Shown in pieces: positions 27,100 to 38,690 of a DNA stretch of 64,000 nt. The stretch comes from Octopus sinensis (lineage: Eukaryota). The DNA lies in assembly GCF_006345805.1 (NCBI RefSeq), contig NW_021831284.1, positions 124,001-188,000 of the forward strand, given 5' to 3'. Position 1 is the stretch's first letter. Each line of letters opens with the position of its first letter. Below the pieces are notes generated by a model that was given only the letters and a program-made list of their open reading frames with translations, did no database searches and was not told where the DNA came from. The position numbers and the translations under genes were made by a program.

Positions 27100-27400
27100 A
27101 CCTTCTCTTTTCTTGCAGGAAAGAGCATGAAGCTCGTATGTGTCCATTGTTGATCCACTCAATCAGGTAGTCCGAGACAAAGGAATATTCAGAAACGGAG
27201 AGCACCAGAGTCGAGGCAGGTATCTAAATGGGTCGTAAGAAGGCAGTTAAGTCAATAGCCAGAATACGGCTAGCGACTGGCATAAAGCAAGCTAGTCTGT
27301 GCTGGTCCGAGAGACGCTTTTGCAAGTCAACATAATTTTCACAAATAATTTTATCCTATTCACACTGGAGAGATAATTCTGACGGTAAGACGGAATCCTT
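27100..27400 (-). mobile_element. Degraded CRE-like fragment
   Basis: DQHRLACF... and TCLDSGALRF*IFLCLGLP resemble the corresponding CRE region. Confidence 0.6.
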
Positions 27401-27959
27401 TTCCTTCCAAAGAAAGAGTGCAGAATTCAGAGTCCAAAGTTGATTCAAGTGATTTTTAAGAACTGTAAAGTGTTTTTCGAAATCTGTTAATTGCACAATC
27501 TATTCAAGTTTGTTTTATTAAACCTCAAAATCTCCTACAGTTAATTAAATAAATTAGGTGATCCCGACAACCCGAAGGAAGGTCCTCAGCTTTACTATGT
27601 GTTGGACTTTTGAGCCAACACACTTTCTCATGGCGCGGAACCGTTTTCCTTAGGTATTCTTCTTCTTTTATTTTTCGCTTGGAAGGTCTGCACGTATATG
27701 TGGAATGCTCATTATTCTGCGGGAACCCTTGAAACGACGAATGGAGATCATCGAAGATATTCTTGATATGGGTGAAAGGCCTTGGAGGACCTCGTCATTT
27801 CGGATTTATTCTCCATTATTGCCAATTTATCGTAAGGGGAAAGGATTTTCACAATTTATCTGTATTTTATTAATTTTAAATTGGTATGCACACACCATAC
27901 TATTTTATTATTAAAATTAATTGTTCAAAGTAACTATTACTTCGTCCAAAACTACTTAT

Positions 27960-28260
27960 GATAAGAAGACATTGTCCCTCAGAATCGCTATTGAGATTTT
28001 TTGGAACAACCATTGTTTTCCAGAGGCTCTCTTCGTCTTCTTGAGATCAGTTTCCCAATTTTTTTAACGAGTTCAAACAATTTATTACCCATGGCTTCGG
28101 ACATTTCTACAGAAATTGAAAAAAATATGATGTCTGACAGATTTGAATATTTTGAGATTTTATATTCTTCAGTCTTCTTAGCGGGTGAACCTGGACTGAG
28201 TACAGAGTGAACTATGTTCTTCTTCAAAAAGGTGTTCTTCCACGTAGAGTCCTACGCGAG
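27960..28260 (-). mobile_element. CRE-like 3' remnant
   Basis: SPGSPAKKTEEYKISKYSNLSD..ISVEMSEAMG resembles the CRE RLE C-terminus. Confidence 0.7.
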
Positions 28261-28429
28261 GCAATTAATTTCAATTTTTATTTTATAATTAAAAGTTAAT
28301 GGGATTTTTGGTATTGTAACTCTCTTGCGATTATTTCAAATTCTGGCTTAATGCTATTCTCATACAATCCGCAAGATGGCTATCCGTTAAACGGTTTTGA
28401 GATTTTATATATCGAAGGCGATCGACCCC

Positions 28430-28858
28430 TGTACTACGTCCTCATCACTCAAATCCGACGTAAATTTGGCGGATTGAAAGAGGACCGAAAATTTTCTGGA
28501 GCTTGTGAACTCTGAAATGTATCCAAATTGCTTATTCCATCTAAAATCTCACGCCAATGGGGATGTGATGATATCTCCAGCAAAGCTAAAGCGAAAGCGG
28601 TCATACTTACATTGGAAAAGCAGTCTCGCTTGTTTCGGCAGCGCACTAGACCTGAAAAGGGTGCGTGGCTTAATGCCATCACTTCCTTACACTCTGGAAC
28701 TCTTCTCGTAATGACTGTGTAAGGATTGGCGTAGAAATGCGTTTTGGACTTAATGTTTGTTGGAAGGTCAATGCCGATGTGGTAGTGAACTCGATACCAA
28801 AGGATTACATCCCCTTTCATGCAAAAGGAGTGCTGGGCGTGTTCCCAGACACACCTGA
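28430..28858 (+). mobile_element. Older CRE-like fragment, second copy of the CRE-Ig module
   Basis: Closely matches 5281-5579, with frameshifts; reads GAWLNAITSLHSGTLL and CRCGSELDTKGLHPLSCKRSAGR. Confidence 0.8.
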
Positions 28859-28918
28859 AACGTTGTAATTCTTGTATAATATAAATTTTCTGCCATCTTT
28901 ATGATATTGAAAAATTTG
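28850..28918 (-). pseudogene. Fragment of Ig-family domain-1 exon fused to the CRE fragment
   Basis: Minus strand reads QYHKDGRKFILYKNYNVSGV, with the same junction as at 5571. Confidence 0.6.
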
Positions 28919-29252
28919 TGGATGACATATAACTTCATCATGCTATTTTTGAATGTTTGGAATATTTGGAAAAACATGTATTTAATGATATTAATGACAA
29001 AGATGGAGTTGGCTGACTATGTTGTGTTTATACTACAGAATAGTAGTATTCTCATCCCCATTATGAACCAACAGAAGATCTCCTCGTTTGCTAAATTAAT
29101 AATCTCTTCTTCAACCCTTCCCAATGTCATCCCCGATATTTATAACTTTCTCAAGTCCACCAACTTCCTTGAACTGTCCCACCTCTACACCAATCTCCTC
29201 ATATCCTCGGCTAACCTTATCAAGACTGTTCACTTCGACGAGATAGAGGGGA

Positions 29253-31100
29253 CTTCCCTGAAAGGGAATGTAGTCATTCCGTCAGGACGCTTTCCATCAC
29301 TCCGACAGAGACCGACTGGGTCTAGAGTGGAGGGGAAACCTGCCTACTCTAGTGCCCTTTTCACGACGTCATTGAGGTGAGTGTGGCGAGGAATTCTGCC
29401 AGCGCTCTTCTTGCACGATAGGGCGTGCAAACCGTTCGGCGAGATCGTGGACCCGCACCGGCTGACAGATGTCCAGGCCCAAGCGTAAGCAAACACCAAT
29501 CCGTAAGGATTCGTCGTCAAGAAGTAGTCCCGTACTAGGGGTAGGGAGTGCTTTGAGCCAGTCTCCCGTATGCGGCTGGCAAGCGCAGTTTAAAGATCCC
29601 AGTTGGACTTAGTCCAACTTTGACCGAAGTTTGCACAGAGTGCCTGAGCAAAAGATTTTGACCCAGTTCTTTTGAACTGAAGGGATCGTCGGAAAATCCA
29701 GACCGAGTGACAACCAAATACGGGAGGCTGATGAGAATTCGGAAAGCTCGTTAAGTTCGAGAGAGGGAAAAAGAACCGAGCAGACCGAATTCCTGGATGC
29801 CGAGGTCGAAGAGAGATAGCAAGGAAAGGCTAGGTCCTTGCAGGAGCGAATCCCGATCCCCCCGAAACGTATAGGTAGGCACGCACGGGTAAGACCAACG
29901 CCAGTGAATCTCGAATTAAGATGGAATATCAGCGAAGTGTGGATTAGATTGTCGATTGCAAATAAAGAATTGGGAGCCACGAAACAAGGCGAAGAACGGA
30001 GGATGTATGTAAGCCTCGGGATAAAAAGGAAATTCCTCAGCAAGAAAAACGCCATGTGCGAGTCAAGCCCCCGGATCCGCTAGATAAGCAGCTTGAATTC
30101 TTCCCATTTAGACGATAAGGTCTTTAAAATTCCATGTTCGGAAATTGGTGACCCCAGAATAACTAGGTCGTTGGAAGGTGTGAGCCTTAACCCAGCAATC
30201 AGACCGCATAGGGAAGAAAATGTGTGAGAAAGAGCCCCCGAGGATAGCGAAATATTTACGAGTTCGCATTTACGACCATTTAAAGATAGACCGATCTCCG
30301 CGAAACCAGACGTGATTTTGTTAATGTTTTCCATAACGACATCCAAAGGTCCTCCAAAAGTAACATCGTCCAAGTACCAAAAATTGACGTTGGACGCAAG
30401 GTTGCGTGCAATATGGTCAATATGGTCAACAGAGAGGGCAAACAGCAATGGCCCCAGAGGGTCACTCTGCTGAATACCGCATTCGGACATAATGGTTTCG
30501 CCATGAAAGAGGAGACAGCTTGGGGAAGAATACGCAAGATTTACGATTGGCCAGAGCTCTGGGGATCGTTTTGAGACCACCTCGAGCATTTGGTCACGAC
30601 GGACACAATTGAAAGCATTACTGACATCCAGTTTGACAATAAACTCACAATCGTTGGCTTTAGAATGTAGAGTTGTCGGGTGCCGTGCGCTAGGATTTCG
30701 CAGGAACCCTTAACGCCAACACCGTACTGGAAGGATAAGAACTCCGAACTCATAGTTGGAACCACCCTGAATGACATGATTTTGGCTGAGAGCCTTCTGA
30801 AGACGTTGCCGATAGCAATCGGTCTCACACCGCCCTCGGCTTTCTTCAGGGCAATAAGCCCCGCAGAAAAGAGAAGCTCACTTGCGACGGCTGGGATCGT
30901 GCCGGACACAATGCGCGAACAAAGACGGGTGATGGAGGATAATAAGTCCCTACCGGAATCGAGGGTTAGGCGTGATACGAGATCCCGGAGATGGATCCTG
31001 TCTTGTCTGAGGATTGAGTTATTGAGTCACGTGGAAAAGAGGAAGGTCAGTGAGGTCATTTTTCGCGTTGTGAGTTGTGGGGGGAGTTCGGTAAACAGTC
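29253..31100 (-). mobile_element. CRE-clade retrotransposon with RT domain, frameshifted and truncated at both ends
   Basis: LIALKKAEGGVRPIAIG, QYGVG, GIQQSDPLGPLLF, WYLDDVTFGG, LPIRFGGIGIR, RPDGMTTFPF. Confidence 0.92.
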
Positions 31101-31650
31101 TGAAGAGTTGATTGACTCTCTGCTCAGTCAGCTCATTACTCACTCAGACTGTGTTGAGGCTCTCATTTCATCAGCCCCAAATCAGTTTTTCACAAATATG
31201 CTAAATGTTGATTTGCTCTCTGTCACAGTCGCAAGTATAAACACTGGATTGCCAAGGGAAAGTTGTCATCAATAGCAAAAACTATAATTTCTTTGTACTA
31301 CAAGGCATTCAAGCAACATTTAATTTCGAACTTGAGCATTCTGTCAAAGGAAATAAATATTTCTACAACCGAGGGTCTCCTTTCTTGGCTTTTGTCTATG
31401 GGAAGTGGGTTAGAACTGATAATTGAGAGTTGTTCTATCTCTGATGAAAACTGGCCTTATATATGTCTCTCAATGCTCTTTCCCCTTATGAGACACGAGC
31501 AGTCATTCTCCCAGAAATGTTTTAACAAGTCCCTCTGTGATGTGTTGGTGGCATTTATTCGAGTTCAGAAAATAATATACATACAACATGTGTCCTTGGC
31601 AATCAATTTGATGGTTTGCCGTTATAGCCATCCTGTAGAATCATAGTAAG
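31100..31650 (+). other. Unidentified coding-like segment (two overlapping frames), possibly a host gene fragment
   Basis: ORFs 31075-31275 and 31263-31646 read as helical, protein-like text; no family recognised. Confidence 0.3.
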
Positions 31651-31830
31651 CTTAGTAATGTATATGTTCTCAAATATAATTCCAATTCGAATAATTTGCT
31701 CAAATATATGACTTCCCACCTCGAAGTATGTACTTATTATTTGAGAATTAGAAACTTAGTTGCAGTTAATCGTGGCTTTGTTTTTGGATTTTGAATTCTC
31801 TGACTATTTTTGGGGTGTCCTTGCCTTAGT

Positions 31831-32253
31831 TTAAATTAAAGCCATCGATGTTAGAGCCATCAAATTTCTCAACGATGACTCATACGACCCACAAAGCGGA
31901 GGTTTCAGAGGTATTTTATTATTAAAATGTACTTTAATGAGGAAACGGACAACTCGGACATGTCGCATCCCTCTATGCAGCCATAAAAACCCTCCTACGC
32001 GCCCTTGATCACGTCGACAAATAAAAAATGAAAAACTTTCTTCTAAGTCTGAAACATCTCCGACGGTTCGTTCTGCCTCCAACAGACCTGGGAAGTCGAC
32101 ATTCGGTAGTCCATTCCCTCCAAATGCAGAGCCTCTACTATGTCCAATCAATTGCCCAATCGTTTGAATTAACTGAGAAAGGTAGCTAACCTCCTCCTGG
32201 CTCGAGGGGTTAACTGGCACTGAAATTCCACTGTCAGGCTGGTCCGTGTTCAA
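31831..32253 (-). CDS. Unidentified ORF; possible degenerate RING-type tail in a shifted frame
   Basis: 140-aa ORF; an adjacent frame gives WLHRG/DATCPSCPFP, weakly RING-H2-like. Confidence 0.3.
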   Translation of the reverse strand: MNTDQPDSGISVPVNPSSQEEVSYLSQLIQTIGQLIGHSRGSAFGGNGLPNVDFPGLLEAERTVGDVSDLEESFSFFICRRDQGRVGGFLWLHRGMRHVRVVRFLIKVHFNNKIPLKPPLCGSYESSLRNLMALTSMALI

Positions 32254-32689
32254 AACTACACGACCACTAAAGTACTATGATTTATTAATTATTTGACAGA
32301 CAAGTTGAGTCTTGTTCCCTTCTTTTTGGACCGCAGAGTGTCCCAAACGATATTCTGGTCACACCTCCGGACAAATTTTTCTTTTGTTAACTTTCTTGTT
32401 CTCCCTTGAACTTAAAAACCGTGTATTTCGTGTTTGCTGAACGTAGATGCTCATGTCGACCATTCATTATAAATCCAAAGCTGGCGGGACTAGTTTTTGT
32501 CGTTTTTTGGAAAGTTGACTGATTTTTGTGTACAGAATTTGAAATTTCATCAGCAGAGTGAAGAATTGAGTGTTACACGTGCTCGGTGTAGCTTCCCGAA
32601 TGATCAAATGCACAATCACGGAAATTCTCGTCAGTTGTTATCCTTTTATGATTGTGGGAGTTCATGTTTTCCTAGAATTGACCCATTCT

Positions 32690-32870
32690 CGTTGGAAGAG
32701 GGCAAAAGGAGTGCCGGCCGTGCTCCTAACATTCCGCTATCAATGAAACTATTTCATCTGAGTTACAAGCTGATGGATTTCCCACAGAACTGGAACCCGT
32801 TGGGCTTGACTGTGGAGACTGTAAACGCCTAGATAGAGTCACTGTTTTTCCGTGGAGTTATGGATCAACT
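32690..32870 (+). mobile_element. CRE-like RLE remnant
   Basis: KRSAGRAP*HSAINE..GFPTELEPVGLDCGDCKRLDRVTVFPWS. Confidence 0.7.
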
Positions 32871-33049
32871 ATAAGAAGAATATAAAATCAATAAATCCTT
32901 CATTGAAACTACACAGATTTGAATCTTCATATGAAGAAAAAGAAAAAAATTAATGTCTAATCAATATATTTTTTTTTTTTTTAACTAACCAATGTTTAAT
33001 AAAAATTAATTATGTAAATTCTATCTTAAATTATTTAAGAATCCAGATC

Positions 33050-34935
33050 GTCAGTGATTTCTCTTCTTCGCTTAAAAGAAGAGTTTGCAACAAAATTCTC
33101 ATCATTTTCCATTTCTGCGTCAAAGTAATTGTTCAACTGAGTGTCCTCACGACATGCCAGCTCCGCAAGTTGATTGGCGGCAGAGGCCGTACTCCTCGTT
33201 GTCTACCTTCATCCCATGTCTGTGTTCAATAAGCATACTCTCTAGAGTCCTCTTCAGCACAACCGACTGATGTATGTCCTCGTTCCTTTTCAATGGATAA
33301 CTTGTCCATATGACTTTTAAAGAACTTTGAGACAACTCCATCCCATGTCAAGACAATTGGAATAATCTTCACTTTTGCTTCATAGAGAACTGACAGTTCG
33401 TTTGCAAGCAGGTCATATTTGTGAAATTTCTCCACTTCCACTTGCTTTAAACGTCTTGCGAGTAACTCCCACTTCGATTAAATGAATTTCTCTTTTCCTC
33501 TTGTCATAAACGAAGATATCAGGTTTATTGAATTGAACCTTTGTTTCAGTCATAATTGAAGTGTCAACTCTGATTTCGACATTATGGGTCGACATTGTTG
33601 ACACGACTGAATGGCCTTTCAATTTCCTGCTTCGTTTTATTCCATACATTCGACACAAGTGGAGATGAATACACTTTACCACTTCGTTGTGTCTTCGGAG
33701 ATAATCACTGTTTAGCATCCTACCACACCGCGTGGCTAGATGGTCAACAGTCTGCCTGCTTTTTTTTGCAGTGGACGCATAGTGATCCCGTGTATGCAAA
33801 GAACAAATTCCTATCTTGCAAAAGACAGTACAATGCTTCGCTCGTGGACCATTGTTCCCTTTCGATAGCATTGCGAAGAAGTAGATATGTCGACATCTGA
33901 TTCCTCCATACATTTGAACATCACCGAGTGTAGTGATTTACTGTTAATTTCGTTAAGCAAGAGTTTCCTTTGTGCGTCCTTCAGTAACTCATGGTCAGAT
34001 TTTCCCTGCCGACAGCTGCATATTTGGAGACAAGAAATTCTGCGATTGTGGCTAAGTGCCATTTTTTTCCTTTTATTACTCGCAGAATACCGACCTCCGC
34101 AGACAGGTAGTCGACTGTTTTTCCAAACTTTTAAGAAACTGGAAGAGCATTAATTCGCTTTTGAAAGAAATTGAGGCAAGTCCTCTTCCAGGGTCTTGCG
34201 GTCCAAATACAACCTCTCCTTATTTGCAGGCTGGAGGTGTAACTTGAGAGTCGTAAGTAATCGGCGTATTTGTTGGTCAATCTCATCAATTCGTAGGTTC
34301 GATATTGATTAGCCCAATATAATAATTATATAGGGATAATGCATATTCATTGATTCCACGAAACAAATTTACAGCATTCAGTTTGTGTTTTGACAACATA
34401 GTTATCCTCTTCTTGACATTCTCCAATATGGAGTCCATAACTTTATTCTTGAGAACATTACTTCCGCCATCTTCAAGTACACCCAAGTAGCGATATCCGT
34501 TGATTCCATCGACAGTCTCACAGCATGATAAAGATTCCACATTAGATGCTGATTTTTCGGAATTCATCTCTAGACCGACACTTTCAAAAAATCCATTAAC
34601 AGCCTCCATCATTTTGACTAACACATCTTCTTTGAGGGCAACTATTTTCAGATCGTCAATAAAGAAGAAATGATTGGTGGAGTATGTCAACATATTGGGA
34701 TCTTCCCGATAATTTCGAGTTTGGGAAACATGGAGTTAAGCATCCTGCTTAGGGGATCCATCGCCATAACGAATAGCAGCGGGGACAATGAATCTCCTTG
34801 AGTATTCCCCGGCTTAACTTTACTTTCCCAATTCTTTTCCATCGATATGTAAGTTTACTGTCCACTTCTTGACTATGTTCTTTACAAAGCTGACAATCCA
34901 ATGTGGTATTCCAGAGCAATCCAATGAAACTAAGA
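33050..34935 (-). mobile_element. R4/Dong-like non-LTR retrotransposon, 5'-truncated within RT, frameshifted
   Basis: GILQGDSLSPLLF, NHFFFIDDLK, YRYLGVLE, TVDHLATRCG..RRHNEV, FNKPDIFVYDK..IEVG..EKFHKYDLLANEL. Confidence 0.92.
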
Positions 34936-34939
34936 TAGT

Positions 34940-35395
34940 CCCTTTATTAAAAATGAAACTAATTAACTAAGTAATTTTACTAACTAAGTCCAGAGCCTTC
35001 GAAGTGAGCAGAAGGTGGCACTCCACGCACCTCCTACCCTTCTTCCTCCTCTTCTCTGGCACTGTAGACCTTCGAGAAGGTGCAGTCCAGCGCCTCTCGC
35101 TGACTAAACATCAGGAAAGGGTTGGATCGGCGAGCATCAAACGAGACACTCTCCAGAGTCCTCTTAAGAACAGTTGACTGTATATAAGCCTGTAGAGACT
35201 TATCTACATCCAACTGTCTTAAGTACCGCTTGTGGTATTTGGTGACCAGTCCATCCCATGTCATCACACACGGAATGACATGGACTTTGCACTGGTGCAT
35301 CAGTCCTAGCTCGTTTGCAAGGAGGTCATACTTCCTCCTTTTCTTCACTTCCACTATCTGCAAACGGTCTAGGCACGTGATGCCCACCTCCACGA
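34940..35395 (-). mobile_element. Second R4/Dong-like subfamily, 3' fragment abutting the previous element head-to-tail
   Basis: EVGITCLDRLQIVEVKKRRKYDLLANELG..VMTWDGLVTKYH, then a 3' UTR with AATAAA just before the junction. Confidence 0.88.
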
Positions 35396-35829
35396 GTTAC
35401 TATAAATAGAGTTTTTTGATCTGTCAGTCAAACTATGTAGGTCACTTTAGTCGTCAGTCTAGTTTGGGAAATACTGATAATTTTGGACTATTTGGTCACT
35501 TTTTTACGTTCCCACTGTAATCGTGGGAACCCCTCCGTCATGTAGTTAAGGACAGCTAAATTAATCGAAAAAATAAAATCCTGGACCTGGACAATTACAT
35601 AGATTAATAGACGTCTGCTAGGTTTGGCAGTCACCTTGTAATAACACGGGTGGGGAAGAATTGGCTGGCAGAGAGGACATTATTTACGAGCTCTAACTTT
35701 AAAGTAATATTAAGTCGGTAGAACATGGGTATACTGGGTGATTAGTTAATTATACGTAAAATAATAAATATTTATTCAGTTTCCGTTTTCGTAATTTGAA
35801 GTATTTTGTTACATCAACTTCACCCTCTT

Positions 35830-36215
35830 AGGGCCCACGTTCAGTGGAAGGATGAGCAGATTCATGTAAACGCGGAATCTATAGATTCAGGGGCTATCTC
35901 CTCAACAGGCATCAATAATCCGTGCTTTGATTCGCTTTGCATCCTCTCTAAGATCGTCCGCAACAGCAGTTATGCCTTCACCCTGTCCTCGACTCCGACC
36001 GCCTCTCGATAATTCTTGAAAAATTTCGACACAATTACGTCCAGAAAATTTTGACACAATTACGATCTTCACTCTCGCCCGATCTTCAGGCTCACAGTTC
36101 ATTTGCCATCAAGTCGTATTTATTTAACTTTTCCACTTCGACCTGCTGATCCCCACCTCGTTTTGTCGTGAACAAATATGTCGGGCTTGTTATTGTGGAT
36201 ATCATTATCAGTCGG
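35830..36215 (-). mobile_element. Internally deleted R4/Dong-like RLE fragment
   Basis: NNKPDIFVHDK..QVEVEKLNKYDLMANEL*..RVKIV. Confidence 0.7.
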
Positions 36216-36283
36216 AAGAAGTTAATAATAAACTAATATATTATTCTACTAAATTGTGTTATTAACTAAGTGGTGTGGTGGCC

Positions 36284-36803
36284 ATGATATCACAAAAAAG
36301 AGTAATGAAGGAGACCAAATTACTGTTGGAGCAGAAGGAGGAAGGAATACAAATAGAACAAGACGAAAACAACTCCCGCCTTTTCTACGTGTGCATGGAT
36401 GGCCCAGTAGACGTAAATTTATATGTGAGTGATGTTAGAGTCCATACGAGGGCGGAAAGTTCAAATTGGAATTATTTCTGCCCGAAGACTACCCGATGGT
36501 GCCCCCGAAAGTTCGGTTCCTGACTAGCATTTACCACCCGAACATTGACAAACTGGGGAGGATATGTCTGGACGTAATAAAAGGTTAGTGATTGGAGTGA
36601 AGACAGACAAATGGTCGCCAGCAATGCAGATCTGGGCTGTGCTGATCGCCATCCAGTCCCTCCTGAGCAGTCCCAACCCAAATGACCCATTAGACCCTTC
36701 TATCGCGGAACATTGGCTGGCGAACCCTGAGGGGGCCATTTCTAAGGGTGTAATGAGTATATCATGTTTAGCCAAGGAATGGACGAAGATATTCGCAGAT
36801 TAG
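36284..36803 (+). CDS. UBE2N: Ubiquitin-conjugating enzyme E2 N (Ubc13), 3 introns
   Basis: [57 protein letters not shown] after removing 26-, 23- and 24-nt introns. Confidence 0.93.
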
Positions 36804-36808
36804 TAATA

Positions 36809-38011
36809 TTAGACATTATTTCGTTTCCTTCTATTCCTTTCTTGGTAGTGCTCACTAGGCACGTGACATCCCTCCAGTACTTGTTGGACACGACTCGACT
36901 GATGATTGTAGCCGTGGTGACCTCACTCCCCGAGTCGATTTCCCTCACAATCCCCCTCTTGTACGCAAACTAGGGGTCCCTCGGAACAAAAGATACCTTA
37001 TAGGGGTCTCCTGTCATGGACTTTGTCTTGCCATGGCACACCACCCCGATCTAAGAATAGCTGGGAAGGAGACGTTAAGATAGTCCAAGAAATCATCCCC
37101 CAATTGAAATGGAGCCTCCATAATAACGTCGTCGACATTCTTGTTGGCGAGAAGAACCATCATCCTTTCAAAGAAGGTACATATTGGGTAAGACCCCGTG
37201 GAATTGTATATTCGCTGGTCAGAGTATAGCCCCACAATGAGATAGTCTCCCAACTGTTTGGCCTTTTCAAGGAAAGACACGACCCCCACATCTGCGAGTC
37301 CTCAATAAAGTATACGATATATATCAAAGGCCCCGTCGACATAGACCACCTTCGACTGGGGAGTTCTTGGTCGTGCCAGGGCCAGGAATTGAGTGATAAC
37401 CTTGGCGGAGGGATACAAGCAACTGTCAAGAGTAGGGACCGGATTGGTCAGAATTCTACACATGTGGTTGAATTGTGACCTGTCGATAATGTCAGTCGAC
37501 GAAACTCCGATGGTCCGTGGATACTCTCTGTGGGTTACCGTGTGGAATACAAATATCGGCCACTGGCCTTTATAAACCGATAGCAGTCCTCGTTGTTCGA
37601 GTCCCGAGTGATATCGTCTATCATACTACACTCAAAATACCCGCATGAGCACAAAAGTCACATTTTAGCTCGTCCAAAGTATTCATTTGCACTACATACG
37701 GACAGTCCCCCACCACCTCACAAATCACTCACTTAATCCACCTCTTTCGGCCATCGGAATGACTCCAGGATTCGTATTCTCTCCGACTGACTAAACACTG
37801 GCATTCCCTTCACTTTCCCAATCTCCTCTACAATATTCACATTCCTTACCGTCCGAGTGCACCCCCACCACCAAGTCGTGGCCAAAACAGCTCGCCTACA
37901 TTACTCACTCTCTCTACCTTGAACAGAGCATTCGCGTGCCCGTAGTGCACCAAATCAAAACTACTTATCGCCAACATAAAACACTCACCACCCATCCAAG
38001 TACACTCGCAT
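36809..38011 (-). CDS. PCYT2: Ethanolamine-phosphate cytidylyltransferase (two CT domains), 11 introns
   Basis: MRVYLDGCFDLVHYGHANAL, LVVGVHSDEEI, CDFCAHADDIT, RTIGVSSTDII, YVDGAFDIYHVGVVSFLEKAK, DPYK..RGIVREIDSGS; introns 22-28 nt. Confidence 0.93.
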
Positions 38012-38509
38012 TTTTATATTTATGATTAATTTTTTCTTTATTATAATATTTATGAATTAACGTTAATGGTTGAATCTTGTTAAATCTCGGAAATGCACAT
38101 AATAATACATGTACATTAACTATATATTACATTTTATCTTTTCCTACGGATTTAACCAAGTACTCGCACAACAACTCAGTTTGAACTTGGAGTTATATTT
38201 CTTAGCCATTCTGATTAAACCTCACTTGATAGTTATAATTAGGGCAACCACAAAACTTCCTTAAAAACTCAATAATTAACTTCCCAAAAGTCAACAAAGT
38301 TGATTAAAATAGAGGAAAGTTGGCCAAAATGTAGATTTAAAAAGATTTTTTAAATAATTCCCCTATAGCTAATTGCATATTTCCATCACTCTGGGCAAAT
38401 TTTCCGCGTAGTATTTGATTGCTCGGAAACAGTTCTCCCATTTAGTAACAATAGGTTAGGAAGGTAGTCGTATTTCAGCAAATAGTTGCCTTTGACTACT
38501 ATTTTTCAG

Positions 38510-38690
38510 AACTTGTCCTTCAATGAGCTATCTCGCCGTCATATCTTTTCCCCGATCGCAGTGGAGACGTCGGGAATCCTCGGTCCGAGAACTAAAAAAT
38601 TCCTTATTAAACTGGGGACCTGGCAAGCAGAAGGAGAAACGATCATCGAGAACGGACATGGCTTCTTGTTGGCGGGAAGAACCATCATCC
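38510..38690 (+). mobile_element. CRE-like 3' remnant
   Basis: LSRRHIFSPIAVETSGILGPRTKKFLIKLG. Confidence 0.7.

Noticed and set aside
18746-35395. Two R4-like fragments overlapping by 21 bp (ACGTGATGCCCACCTCCACGA) as one element split by 16 kb of insertion
   Set aside because: Their order on the minus strand is the reverse of what a simple split would give, so they are more likely independent fragments of one subfamily.
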